A stretch of DNA of 61,731 nt, the filler included, from Dirinaria sp. TL-2023a (taxonomy: Eukaryota), in NCBI GenBank assembly GCA_051941275.1. It is 9 parts of 9 records of this genome, joined end to end, with 100 filler letters (N's around TTAATTAATTAA, not from the genome) between each part and the next. Parts side by side here need not be neighbours in the genome. Positions count along the whole stretch, not along the records: positions 20,671 to 27,456 come from JAVEBF010001420.1; positions 27,557 to 34,328 come from JAVEBF010001421.1; positions 34,429 to 41,197 come from JAVEBF010001422.1; 6 more parts are not named here. The stretch is one strand, 5' to 3'. Of the stretch, positions 24,201-37,055 are shown one piece after another. The notes beneath the pieces were generated by a model that saw nothing but the letters and a program-made list of their open reading frames with translations, was not told where the DNA came from and did no database searches. The translations under genes and the position numbers were made by a program. Positions within the stretch are counted from its first letter, which is position 1. Each line of letters begins with the position of its first letter.

Positions 24201-26582
24201 GTACTCGTTAGGTATTATTTTCTTCGAGATGTGTACACCAATAGTCACGGGCATGGAGCGTGTGGAAACCCTAGGTAAATTGCGCCAACAAGAGCCTGTC
24301 CTTCCCGTCGATTTTAAGCGATCGGAGAAGTCATTACAAGGAGAGATTATTGTCTCTCTTGTCAGCCACGACCCATCCAAACGACCAGGCAGCTCGGAAC
24401 TTCTTACCAGCGACAAAATCCCAGAGGAGATAGAAGATGACAAATGGGCAAGGCATTTTTTCCGCCACGCGCATAAGGAGTCCTACCGCAAAAAGTTACT
24501 TGCCAGCATCTTCTCACAACCAGGAGAGGCGCAAGTAGATGCATTCGTCCCAGGGGAGGGCAAGGCAGATGCAACACACCTCCCCAGTCGCTCCAATGCG
24601 TCCAAACGCAATCGGACTGAAGTGGAAGACGACGAGGAGTACTATCCAAAAGTGACGTTTAGCGAAATGTGCTATGACAGCAAGACCAAAGCGAATATAG
24701 AGCAAGATGACCCGCTCTTGCGTGATTATGTCAGAGAGAGGATTACATCTGTATTCCGTCGTCATGGCGCAACCGAAATCGAGATCCCTACCCTGATACC
24801 ATTTTCTTCTCAATACCTGAAGAAATCAGATCAGACAGTCAGAGTTATCGATCCTGATAGCCATATCCTTCAGCTGCCGTTCGATTTCACCTTGCCATAT
24901 GCGAGGCATCTTGCAAAAACTACGCCATCTACGCGCAAGACTTATACCATTGGTAATGTCTTCCGAGCTTCCCGGATAGGTGGGCCCCCTCGACGCATCG
25001 GAGAGGTGCATTTTGACATCATATCGACCGACTACCTGGATTTGGCGCTTCGGGAGGCTGAGGCCATCAAAGTTGTCGATGAAATTGTCAGCGCCTTTCC
25101 AAGCATGTCTTCGTTGCAGATCTGCTACCATATCAACCACTCACGACTGCTGAACGCAATCCTTAGCTTTTGCAACATTCACTGTTCGAAATGGCCTGCT
25201 GTGAAGGACATCCTCGCTTCACTTCACGCAGGTCATACAGACTGGGCAAAGCTGAGGACAACGCTCCGCTCTTCAGCTGTCGCTGTAGCAGCAACTTCAG
25301 TGGAAGAGCTTATCCGTTTCGACTTCAGAGATGTGTATGACAAAGCGATTCCCAAGCTTCGATCCCTTTTGAGAAAGACGGAGTCCTTGGAGGCGTACTT
25401 TGCGCATATGGAGGCAGTCACGATTTACCTGAAACGGTACAATGTTAATCGAAAAGTCTACATTAATCCACTTGGCAGCGTGGACGAGAATTTTTATCGA
25501 GGTAACCTTTTCTTTCAATGCGTCTTCGACACTCCCAAGAGAGAAGTGTTCGCCGCAGGAGGACGCTACGATCGACTGATCGAGTTGTACGACTCAGGAA
25601 CTTCGACGAAGGCAAAGCGGGGCAAAACCCACGCCGTTGGGTTCAACTTCAACTGGGATAGGCTTTGTGCATCCATGGCTCGCTTTCAAAGGGCAGCTGC
25701 AAAGTCGAAGTCGAAGAAGAGAGCCGAGAATGAACATGCCTCGTTAGTCCCGAACCGGTGCGATGTGTTGGTGGCGAGCGCAGACCGCGAACTGCTTCAC
25801 TCAGCCGGACTTGAAATTATGCAGGAACTTTGGGCGAACGATGTCAGTGCGGAGCTGATCATCGATAAGGCGACCGACGGCGAGGACGTTGTCTTCAACC
25901 CAGTCAGCGAAACCCGAGAATCCTATACCTGGATCATCTATCTGAAGCCGGACGGCTATCTCAAAGTGCGCAGCGTAGCGCGCAAAGAAGAAAGCGAAAT
26001 GCGCGCGTCAGAGCTATTCACATGGCTTCGCAGCGAAATCCGAGAGCGCGACCGAGTCGAAGGCCGCTCTCACGGCGGACGAATAAACCGCCTAGGGAGC
26101 CAGCAAGATGCCAGCGGACCGCTGAGTGGAGAGCCCGACGTCCGAATCATAACCAGCGCATCTCGAGGCAAGAAATTCAACCGGAAGACCGTCATCGAAG
26201 AAGGTACAAAACCCCCTTCCTTCACAACCCCCTTTCTCACTACCTAAATACATATTGGAAAAAGCTAACGAATATTTGTCAAACCCCCCCAACAGCAATC
26301 GCAACGACAAAAGACACCGTGACCGGTTTCCTCGACGGGCCCATCATAGCCGTCGAAACCAAAGACGAATACTTCGACGGTCTCCGCCACACCAAACTGT
26401 CGGACCCGGACAGCTGGCGCAAGTTCATCCAGAACACCCCGGCCGACGATCGGGCTTATTTCAGGGATGTGCAGAAAGTCCTGGGCAACGCGGCCAAGGA
26501 ACCGAGGGCGAGGAACGCGTTCCTGTATAATTTCAGGACGAAGGCGTGTATTTACTACGATCTGGCCGTGGGTGGGGTGTAG
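21209..26582 (+). CDS. GCN2: eIF2-alpha kinase Gcn2 (RWD, pseudokinase, kinase, HisRS-like, C-terminal domains)
   Basis: YAEIQQDEIDALRSIY (RWD); SRFRDDFVEAGRLGRGGYGEVIRARNKLDGRFYAVK; LYIQMEYCEK; HRDLKPENIF; IGDFGLA; QLPFDFTLPYAR; FAAGGRYDRLI; introns at 21323-21626 and near 23772, 24148, 26204. The start codon is the least certain part. Confidence 0.97.
21407..21548 (+). ncRNA. Candidate intron-encoded H/ACA-like snoRNA in GCN2 intron 1
   Basis: Stem CTCAAACCTTG/CAAAGGTTGAG, AT hinge, second hairpin, then ACA; no perfect ANANNA H box. Confidence 0.3.
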
Positions 26583-27456
26583 GTTCGGTAGACGATGTTG
26601 CTTCTGTTTTGTTTCCTTGGTGCTTTCTGTTTCCTTAGTGCCTTCTTTTTTTCTTTAAAAAAAAAAAGGGCTTTTTCTTGTCGAATGCCGGCGTCTGGTT
26701 AACTCGAAGAGATACCCCAAACCCCCTTTCCTGCTGGCGACCAACATAGGTTGCAAAAAGGGTTTTTTTTTTTTTTTTTTTTTTTTATCTGCTTTTCTAG
26801 TGCGATGTTTGCCGATCGAAATGAGGTAATTCCATTAGAAATTAAATTAGCTCGATTTACCTCCAACAAACAAAGAATCGACTTATGTTCTTGTTTATCC
26901 TATGGAAAAACAGCTAGTGCAATCCTCTCCCCCCCCCTCTCCTCCTAATTTCAAACCTGCGTGATAATATCTGAAAATCGCCCCATACACACACACTCTC
27001 TCTCCTCCCCTCGATGAAGATCAACAAATTCCCAAAAAAAAACCCCCCTTGGGATAAAAAAAAAAGGGGTTGATGTTTGCCAATAGTTTGAGTATTTGTG
27101 TGTCTCGCTTTATGTACTAAATACTAGTATGAGGTGAGGTGAGGTGGGTTTGATAGAACAAGTAATGTAGGCTCCCCCTCCCCCAAGCCCCAAGCGTTCT
27201 CGAAGGCTACTTTAAATTTCATCGAAGATCTGCCAGGACACCCCGGATACTTCACGCTCACGGTTATAGGTCATATGGGTCAAGCGACCTACCTTAATTT
27301 GCACGATCCAAAAAAAAAAAATTTTTTTTGACAGAAGTGCATCTATCTGTTCACCGCTTCGCCTCGCTGATGTGCTTGCCTATAACAGAGGGAAAGAAAG
27401 TAATGGGATATTCGTTGCATAGATAGATAACCCACTCAATTTGCCCTACTTATTTT

Positions 27457-27556
27457 NNNNNNNNNNNNNNNNNNNNNNNNNNNNNNNNNNNNNNNNNNNN
27501 TTAATTAATTAANNNNNNNNNNNNNNNNNNNNNNNNNNNNNNNNNNNNNNNNNNNN
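27457..27556. other. Artificial contig linker
   Basis: N44-TTAATTAATTAA-N44. Confidence 0.98.
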
Positions 27557-27598
27557 ATTTGCAGGAAGACAGCTATCAGATGGTATTTGTGGACTTAC

Positions 27599-27670
27599 AA
27601 CGGCAGCTCTGCCGGTCGCAGCAACAGCTCCAACCGTCCGGCTGGACTGCCTCAATGCGTTACGAATCAT
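27599..27670 (-). CDS. ATP1: Mitochondrial F1 ATP synthase alpha subunit, exon 1 (presequence)
   Basis: MIRNALRQSSRTVGAVAATGRAAV then GTAAGT donor; matches the ascomycete Atp1 presequence MFRNALRQS.RAVGA.SA.GR. Confidence 0.8.
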
Positions 27671-27881
27671 ATTGAGGCAGAAGGGAGACCGGCCGGGCAG
27701 GACAATTGAAAGCTTGAGAAAGATTCAATGCACGTTGGAAGAGTGAAATTGATATTGAGGGTCGATGTGCTACGAGTCCTACCTTGGGAATCGAGGAGGT
27801 CGAAGAATTGGCCAAACGGCGCTAATCTAGCCTCGACTGTGATTGGCTGCCGTGTCTCGAGCCAAGTCCCTCCATACATAC

Positions 27882-27901
27882 AGAGTAAGGTACCTTACTC
27901 T
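27882..27901. promoter_or_regulatory. Perfect 20-bp palindrome upstream of ATP1
   Basis: AGAGTAAGGTACCTTACTCT is its own reverse complement; regulatory role is inferred only from position. Confidence 0.35.
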
Positions 27902-28272
27902 CGGTACTGTATCTACTGTATTTCGAGAGCACACAACTGGATCTTCCACCATTATCCATCATTGCCATCTCCCTTCCTTCAGCACAGGCTTTGAATCTTC
28001 ATGTATCACTGTCTCATATGTTGCTTAGGTCTCCAAGAGAAAGACTACAGAGTGCTGTATGACAGGTTCTCTACGCAAGGATCTCATCTTCAAGGTTCAT
28101 CTTCAATGCCAGTTCCTCGAACACTGACTCGGCTGTAGATTAGGAACTAGGTGTTCCATTTCATGGTGTGCATTGCCTCAAATGCACGACCCTCAATATA
28201 ATGTGAATGTACATTCTCTTATGGTCCATGGGCTTCATGATTGATGAGGACTTTATCACTTCTTCACTTCGT

Positions 28273-29068
28273 TCAACCCGCCCTCTGCGCAGGTTGTTCG
28301 TTAGCTGAGCCGTTTGGGGCGGCGCCATTCACCTGACTCTTACTCTTCCGATACTTGTCAATCTCTTGCCGGACAGCCTTATCCAAGCGCGCTTTCAGTT
28401 CAGGTCGGTATCCCAGGTAGAAGAGGACCTCCATCCAAACGAAGAATGGGGCTAGAAAGAAAGCTTGTACAAGGTTGTCAAAAAGGGCCGGAGCTCGTCC
28501 TTCGAAAGCTCCATGACCGACAAATTGGGCGGCCCAGCTTACAAAAAACAGGCCCAGAGCCCAATAATTCGCAGTTGAACCATAAGTGCTGGTCAAGTGG
28601 TTCGCATATCCGGTTCCAGCAAGCAACAAAGGTGCGAGTATCCCTCCGGCGACAGGCTCCATAAGGATATAAAGGGTCGCATACAGGACTGTGGCTAAGA
28701 CACCCAGATTTGGTGGTAAGCTCTCGATGGTGAGCCAACGTGGGAGCGGGTACAGGGGAGGAGTGTTGGTGCCCTACACGGCCTGGATCAGCTCGCATAG
28801 GTCTAGAGGAACCACCCAGTACCCACAAGTAGGAACGCGGTCATCAGAATGATCGGCACACAAACAGTGTGTATTCCGATGTTAACCTAAAAGCATAGCC
28901 GTTGAGAAACCAACGATGAAAGTCGGGGCGGGGGAGGACTGCTCAACAATTACCGGGTGATGGTGATATGAGCCATACTGCGGGCTGTTTAAGCGTTGTT
29001 CTTGGCCATGAAATAGTACCTCAGAAAGAGCTTACGAATAAAAGCTGCTTTTCCAAGTTCAATGCCAT
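28273..29068 (-). CDS. MPO1: Mpo1/DUF962 2-hydroxy fatty acid dioxygenase-like membrane protein
   Basis: Spliced MALNLEKQLLF|YGSYHHHP|VNIGIHTVCVPIILMT...; SWAAQFVGHGAFEGRAPALFDNLVQAFFLAPFFVWMEVLFYLGYRPEL. Confidence 0.93.
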
Positions 29069-29753
29069 TCTCTGGTATCAGTGACCTTGCTGTCTCTACG
29101 AGAATAGGCAAGGGTTCCTGAAGCACATGAGCCGTGCCGAGTGATCATCGCCTCAATTCATATCCCAACTGAAAAGATAAGGTAAGCGAACGTAGGACTC
29201 GGGTTTTGGGTTGGGATTTTTATTCATTCGAAAAGCGAGGAGCAGCCGGAAGGGAAGCCGCGGTCAACAGTTTGCAAATGTGTTTTAGCGTGACTCCCTT
29301 CCGCCAAGCACTCGCTTTATAGCTGACCGACCCTCCTTCCACGATTTACCAGCTGCATTCTCTTCTTGCGCTGACCCTCACAGACAACCTTTCTGGTTCG
29401 ATACAGCGCTGCGGTGTTGCCGCTATCTTTGCGCCGTCACTCCTTTTCCTTCATATCTCTGCGACGCCTAGCGCTCGGTTGCGCCTGGCCAGATATTTGG
29501 AAGATTTGACATACTGCTGAGGGTCCTCCTTTCCTAAGGACTAATAATTAGGTTGGCTAGAAGAAAATTAGCCAATGCATACTCGACGGCGATAGATACA
29601 CACCTTCGACGCTCTTCGCGAGCGCGAGCTAGGGTGCCTTAAAACGGAAATCCGTGAATTGGGAACGAAAAGCCAGTCTGTGCCACGAGTGCGCTCAGCA
29701 CATCTCTTGCGCTTGCCCACGCTCCACCGAATCCAAAGGCTACCTTTCCGATT

Positions 29754-30421
29754 ATGTTCTTCCTCCATGAGCTCGAACGCTCGATCTCGTTGCATCCGTC
29801 TTTCTTTGGCCCTCGTATGAAAGAGTACTTGAGGAACAAACTGTATGAGGATGTCGAAGGCACTTGTGATGGATCATACTACATTATCTGTGTAATGGAC
29901 CCTACTGATATCTCCGAGGGTCGGGTTGTGCCAGGTGAGGCTAGAGCTGAGTATACCATCCGTTACCGCGCTGTCGTGTGGAAACCTTTCAAAGGAGAAG
30001 TCGTAAGTCGAAACGTGAGCATTAAGAGCTATCGCATATGCTAAGGAGGTTGTGGCAATGTAGCTCGATGGAACTGTCAGTTCCGTCAATCGAATGGGCT
30101 TCTTTGCTGATGTTGGGCCGCTGTCGGTATTCGTATCAAGCAATGTGGGTTCAAAAGCAGCCACTATTCAAGCCAAGGTTAATTGTTCCTAGATGGTCCC
30201 AGGTGATGTTAGGTGGGATCCAAACGCTACACCCCCGCAGTATACCAATAACACCGATACTGTGATTGAGAAGGGGTCGCAGCTACGGATTAAGATCATG
30301 GGCACGCGGAGCGATGTTGGGAGCATGTTCGCCATTGGTAGCATCAAGGAAGACTACCTTGGGTAAATCCGATCTTCCATTCTCACTGAGACGCCCACTG
30401 ATTGCATACAGAACACTCTGA
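29754..30421 (+). CDS. RPB7: RNA polymerase II subunit Rpb7
   Basis: MFFLHELERSISLHPSFFGP...VEGTCDG...YRAVVWKPFKGEV|LDGTVSSVNRMGFFADVGPLSVFVS...MFAIGSIKEDYLG|TL*; three introns. Confidence 0.97.
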
Positions 30422-31265
30422 GCTGTCTGCCTCCATGATTGGGAAACACCGACAGCTCACCTAATTATTTTACGTTCCGAAAGCCTTGGACGATCCATCG
30501 ATAATACTGCAAGCGAATATCGGCATAGGAACGTCAGAAACCCTACCGCAGCATGGGAGATAGGCCGGGATATGAACCCAATATCAATGAGACGCTTAAA
30601 AGGGTTACTAAGCGGTAAATTGGACATAGTGAATGCTGGATCGAGATGTTCTGAGCCAGATGGCAAGTCATGCAAATAGATTCTGTTTGCAGGATCCGAT
30701 TTCATCCAACAAGAGTGGAATTACAAAAGCTGCAGCACTCCATTAAAATTGCGCTTGCAAGTCATCGAGTTATACGTTCTAGAACATGTAAATAAACTGA
30801 TTATTACTACGGAGGTCCCAAATTTTTCCCATCTCTGCGTGTCACAATGACCCGTTTCCATCTCGAATCTGCGGTTCCGCAAACAGGCTACAATAGACTC
30901 CCGGAAAAATACTGTCAGAACAAAGTTAGCATCCAGATCGCCGCATAATTCATTGAGCTTATGAGCAAAAAAAATACCTTCTGCTGTAGCGTATCAATTC
31001 TAGCGTGAAAATGGGTATGAAAATCAATGCCAAGCAACCCAATTTGGCGGTTGGTCTCAACGGCTGACCAACCTGATACTTCTATGCTAGCAGACAACCC
31101 CATGGTTTCAAATTCAACCAGAGACAATTTATCCAGGAAGAGACCCGAACCAAACCACAGGAGCCACTTCTTTTGATTTCTATAATTCAAGCGAGCTGAA
31201 GAAGTTTGACTGATGTCCTCCGCCCTGCCCTCACTAGATCTGGCGCCTTGGACGCTTCGACGGCC

Positions 31266-34000
31266 ATGGCTTCGGATCATTACACTGACGAGGAACCAGA
31301 GGCCCAGCCACTGACCCAAGGCTCCTCAACGTCAGATCCTTCGCACGACTCTTCCGAATCTGTAACTTCTCTAGGATCCCCCATCGCATTAGATCGACTC
31401 GACCATGACGGAGCAAAAGTCGGCAATGGTAACTTGAATGGAATACAAAACAAGGATGAAGAGTACGATGAGGAAGATGCATTGGTTGAGCCCTCCATTG
31501 TTCGTCCCATGGACAGAAGATTCCGTCGAAGAGTCTGGGGCTTAGGCGGACTGTGTCTTGCCGGCTGGCTGTTAGCATTGGTCTTATTTTTGTCGCGCCA
31601 GACTTATCGGCATTCCTCCGATCCGCCGTACGACGCTGTAGCCACTGTCTCGCCTGGGTCGGGGAAATCCGTCACACTCGATGAGGTACTCCAACAGTCT
31701 TTCCAACCAAAAACCCACGATATATCCTGGATTGGAGGGGATCAAGGCGAAGATGGCCTATTGCTGGAGAGGGAGAGTCGAGCGGGAAAGGACTTCTTGG
31801 TCGTGGAAGACATACGCCAGCGCAAACCGGGCGTTGAGGCAAAGGACAGTACGACTTTGATGAAGGAGGGGCACTTTAAGGTCGAAGGCAAACAGATGTA
31901 CGCGGAGAAGTTGTGGCCGAGTAAAGATTTCAAGAAAGTCTTGGTCGCCTCTCATGTCCAGAAGAATTGGAGACACTCCTTCACAGCTATATATTGGATC
32001 TTCGATGTCGCTTCCCAGACAGCTGAAGCTTTGGACTCGGATAACTCAGAAGGGAGAATCCAATTAGCATCGTGGTCCCCAAAGTCTGATGCGATAGTCT
32101 TCACGCGAGACAACAACATGTTTCTACGAAAGCTTTCCGAAAAGAAAGTCATTCAAATTACCAAAGACGGTGGCACAGAGTTATTCTACGGTGTACCCGA
32201 CTGGGTTTACGAAGAGGAAGTCTTTGCTGGTAATAGCGTGACATGGTGGTCTGAAGATGGGCAGCATATCGCTTTTCTGCGTACTAATGAGACGTCTGTT
32301 CCCGAATACCCCATACAGTACTTCATCTCCAGACCCAGCGGAGATGAACCACCCCCAGGCGAAGAAAACTATCCCGAAGTGCGTGAAATCAAGTACCCGA
32401 AAGCAGGTGCTCCCAATCCTATCGTCGACTTACAATTCTACAATACAGCGAAGGATGAGACTTTTACTGTCAGCAGTGGCGATGTACAGCTTGGGGAGGA
32501 AAAGTTGGTTACTGAAGTAGTGTGGGCTGGGACAAGTGGTAAAGTCCTCGTCAGGATGACCAATCGCGAGAGTGACATCCTGAAGGTGGTGCTCATTGAT
32601 GTTCAAAATCGTACGGAGAAAGTGACCAGGACAGTCAATGTCACAGCTATCGATGGTGGCTGGTTCGAGGTTTCTGAATACACCCGCTTCATCCCCAGTG
32701 ATCCAGCCAACGGCCGACCGCATGATGGATATATCGATACCGTCATCCATGAAAACTACGACCACCTTGCCTACTTCAGCCCGCTCGACAATCCAGAGCC
32801 TCTGCTTCTGACCTCGGGAGCATGGGAGGTTGTAGATGCACCGTCGGCGATCGATCTTAAGAACAATCTCGTCTACTTCATCGCTACCAAGGAATCCCCC
32901 ATCCAACGACACGTGTATAGCGTTAAGCTGGACGGTACGGACCTGAACCCTCTGAGCGATACCTCCAAAGAAGGCTATTACAGCGTCTCATTCTCCACTG
33001 GTGCCGGGTACGCTCTACTGTCATACCGCGGTCCAGAAATCCCCTGGCAGAAAGTCATCAGTACGCCCAGCAACCCGGACCATTTCGAGCATGAAATCGA
33101 AGACAACAAAGAACTCGCCAAGTTCGCCGCCGCGCACGACCTTCCCACAGAGATATATAGCACAGTCACAATCGATGGGTTCGAGCTGCAAGTCGTCGAA
33201 CGCCGTCCCCCGCATTTCGACGAGAGCAAAAAATATCCTGTGCTCTTCCATCTTTACGGCGGCCCTGGCTCGCAGACAGTAGACAAGAAATTCACAGTCG
33301 ACTTCCAAGCCTACGTGGCCTCGAACCTGGGTTACATTGTCGTCACCGTGGACGGGCGCGGGACCGGCTTCATCGGGCGAAAAGCACGATGCATCATCCG
33401 CGGCCACATCGGGTACTACGAAGCGCTGGACCAGATCGCGACGGCGAAGATCTGGGCCGCGAAGGGATACGTCGACGCGCAGCGCATCGCCATCTGGGGC
33501 TGGAGCTACGGCGGCTTCATGACGCTGAAGACGCTCGAGATGGACGCGGGCCAGACGTTCCGCTACGGCATGGCCGTCGCGCCCGTCACGGACTGGCGCT
33601 TCTACGACTCCATCTACACGGAGCGGTATATGCACACGCCGCAGCACAACCCGCGGGGATACGAGAACACGACCGTCACGAACGTCACCGCGCTCGCGCG
33701 CAACGTGCGCTGGCTGATGATGCACGGCGTCGCGGACGACAACGTGCATCTGCAGAACTCCCTCACGCTCCTCGACCGCCTGGACGTGGCGGGCGTCGAG
33801 AACTACGATTTCCACGCCTTCCCGGACTCGGACCACAGTATCTATTTCCATAATGCGAACCGCATGGTTTATGATCGTATGTGTCGTCCTCTCTCCCTGC
33901 GAATGCAAATTACTAACGCGCAGCAGGTTTAAGTAACTGGCTCATTAATGCGTTCAACGGCGAATGGCTACGCACAGAACATGCAGTGCCAGTCGATTGA
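31266..34000 (+). CDS. DAP2: Dipeptidyl aminopeptidase B (S9B, DPP-IV family), type II membrane protein
   Basis: N-terminal TM helix, DPPIV_N propeller ([19 protein letters not shown]), GWSYGG nucleophile, [15 protein letters not shown]; last intron joins [16 protein letters not shown]. Confidence 0.97.
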
Positions 34001-34328
34001 TTCTCAGACGAAGGTAAAAGAGCAGATATGATGAAACATTCGGCGGCGTATCCTTTTTTTTTTTTTTTTTTTTTTGTTTTTTGGGTGGAGGATTTCCAGC
34101 ATTTCGGGAGTTTGCATTTCCGTCTTTAGATAGCTAGCTAGCTAGCTCTCTATATTATACCCCGAAAAATGCATTGGATTGGAGTGGAACAAGAGTAAAA
34201 ACAGATTTGTCGATCAAAAAAGGCTACGTATAGTACTGTATTCAAAACTCTCTTGAAACTTATTTTTGTGAAGAGAAAAGAGTAAATAAAATAACCCATC
34301 TTTTAATGATTTCGCTGGCCAGCTATAC

Positions 34329-34428
34329 NNNNNNNNNNNNNNNNNNNNNNNNNNNNNNNNNNNNNNNNNNNNTTAATTAATTAANNNNNNNNNNNNNNNN
34401 NNNNNNNNNNNNNNNNNNNNNNNNNNNN
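34329..34428. other. Artificial contig linker
   Basis: N44-TTAATTAATTAA-N44. Confidence 0.98.
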
Positions 34429-34908
34429 ACGAGTGTGAGATGGTGCCTCGAGCACGGGGCCCAGGTCTCAGACGGGGCAGAGCACGATGACCCGCTCAAA
34501 TACTCACCGCTCCCTGAAAGTATCGCGGCTGAGCACAGTGTCTTGCTTCAAGCTGCTTCGCGCGAGTGACGCACGCATAGATCGACCAACGCTGCACCGA
34601 GCAGCGAAGAGCGCGGCCACATGTAATGCGATCGAGAAGCCCGAGAGAATAGCGATGATGGAGGTTTGGTCCAGGAAGAGCGGTTGGATGTCAATGCAAT
34701 TGACACAGACACGAAGCTGTCGAGTCATTGAAGCACCTCACTTGCGTATGCGACTAAGGGAAAGAGTGGTGAAGATGTGGTTGGGTATTTGCTTGAGAGG
34801 GGCGCGGACCCGAGCGTGAAGGACAGATGTGAGGATCATGAAGCGCTTAGTCCTGCTGATCTATACGGAGATGAGCATGTGGAGCGGCTGCTGAGGAAGT
34901 CAGTCTAG
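34429..34908 (+). pseudogene. Ankyrin-repeat protein pseudogene (3' part)
   Basis: VRWCLEHGA... /frameshift/ CFKLLRASDARIDRPTLHRAA... /frameshift/ LDVNAIDT...SH*STSLAYA...VVGYLLERGADPSVKD; two frameshifts plus TGA at 34729. Confidence 0.7.
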
Positions 34909-35691
34909 GGAAGATGAGGAGAGCACGGGAGGGAATAGACCTTAGCGAGGAAGTACGGGAAGATGCATTTTGTTTCCATTACAGCTGTAACAATATGAAC
35001 AGGTTAGAGAATTATTAATCGTAATTAGTCACCATGGATATAATCTTACAGACTTATTCCCCTCTAGTTTGTACCTACTTGCGTCGCAATGGTATAGAGC
35101 ATGAAGTCCAAACCAACCCCGATGGTTTGCTTAATTTCTTTGTCATGCTTGTTCAACACAAACCTCATCATGAGCAATCCCTGCTCTCTGTACAATACTT
35201 AAGAAACTGCAAACCTCATTAAAGTTCTGGAAGCGATAAGGCGCCTTGCTGTTCGCCAATACTAGTATCATCTATTGGAACATTATGTCAGCCTTTGATG
35301 TTTTGACCAAGACTGTATGAAACTCAGTGCTTTACAGTGAATTTATATATCACTGGAAGCGACACATTCTGGATACATACTAGATAATAAGGTTTTCTCA
35401 CTGGCACAGTCAGTGTTTCGAGGTTGTGACTCTGAACACTGATGGATTTGCGTATTTATACCGATCTCTCTCCGTGTTTCTTTCCTATCTTCGTTCCACT
35501 TCGATCTCAAAGCTCATATTGAGCCTAACCTTACAAAATTCCCAAGCAAGCCTCGATATCAATCTGCCTCCCAGCCATTCGATTACTCAGCGGCTCAGTC
35601 TCTTATTTGCCCATCTATTTGACATCTCGAGCAATCTGGTACCTGACCGTCGACCCAAAGCAAATCCATACGGTCCATAAAGATAGCTAAT

Positions 35692-36517
35692 ATGCCACCC
35701 CGGTGTATACCTCCTTCCGGCCCCAATGCCCTGATGCGGGCACGAATGGAAAATTGCCATCTCGACGAGGCTCTCCACAATGGAAAGGGCCGACGCAAGC
35801 AACAGTCCGCACGATTTAAGCGGGTCCTTCAGAACGCGGAAGACCGTGTCCGAGCCGAGGGCAAGGCGGAAGGCATCGTGGAAGGCAAAGTAGAAGGGTA
35901 TAACGAAGCTATGGCTCTGCAGCAGATATGGGACGCTGGCGTCAAGCACGGTCAGACTTCCAAGACACTGACCGCTCGCGCGTCCCGTGTCGGTCGCCAA
36001 TTACCCATTGAGGCTCCGCTTGCGTCGCACAAGAGCTCTCAAGGGTTTAAGGCTTCTGCAAAGGCTCCGTCAGCCGCACCATCGGCTGGGGAGAAAAGTG
36101 TTAGATTTCTGGAGCAACAGCCTCGCTCAAGCATGCGCTCAAGTGCACGTACCGATCGGTCTATCACTCGATCATCAGCAAAACATCGGTCCAGATTCCA
36201 CGCGCCATCGAAAGCGCCTGGGCGTTCTATGGGGTAGGTTTTCTCAACCTCCTGTTCCCTATTTGTACCCATCGCTGACAGTGCCTCTAGATACGGCGCG
36301 TTCTCGCAACATCCAGCTCTCCCTTCTCGATATTCACAAGGGTAAGTGTTTCTCACTGAGACTTCTTATATGACCGCGACTGATGGTTTTAATTAGCCGT
36401 CCCTCTGCTGCTGTCTCGCCGGCTGATTCAGGGAACCAATTTTCAAGGGACTTCCTGGCCTGGAAGGAGCAAGAGCGCCACACTAGGTCTGGAAGCCATT
36501 CACGCCATCGTCGCTGA
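35692..36517 (+). CDS. Orphan 3-exon protein (coiled-coil N-terminus, Ser/Arg/Ala-rich tail)
   Basis: Introns 36234-36290 (GTAGGT..CTGAC..TAG) and ~36343-36396 (GTAAGT..CTGAT..TAG), both phase 2, give a continuous frame ending HSRHRR*. Confidence 0.65.
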
Positions 36518-37055
36518 GGGATCTCGGGTTGAGTGAATCCGGTACCTCTTTGACTTTGTGAGGGATTGAAATAGCTTGCTTTAAAGGAGAATATGTATGG
36601 TATTTCCAAGTCTCAAGACCAGTGACCAGAGATAGAAATGATCCATACTGTCATAAGACTCCTTGAGCATCAGCTTCTCCAGGCTGGAGGATGAAGTTGA
36701 AGTGTGTTTATTGACTTCTCACTGACCTAACCCTCCGAATTGACCTCATAGGTATGTCAGATTAGGTTCGCCTGTACACAAGTAAGTCACGATACATAGT
36801 AAGCGTGGTAACGTCTACAGCAGCAAGATCTTGAGAATGGCTGCGCGCCGTCTTACTGTGCAGATTGCAGCTATGCAAGTTGTTCGCAAGGCAAGACACA
36901 AGCATTTGGCGAAAGGCAAACTTCAAGCAAGCGAATCAAGAACCACAAATACTTACTTTGTAGAGGCTGCACTGAGCGAAGATGACTTATGCTTCAGCTT
37001 ATGCCACACCACATAATTAGATGTGCCGAGGCTGCCTTGCCCTTAAGGTTGACGA

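Noticed and set aside
33021..33908. 295-aa antisense ORF inside DAP2 (and similar ones inside MDL1, PRP40, haspin, TRS65, GCN2)
   Set aside because: Shadow ORFs expected from GC-rich codon usage on the opposite strand; no independent motifs.
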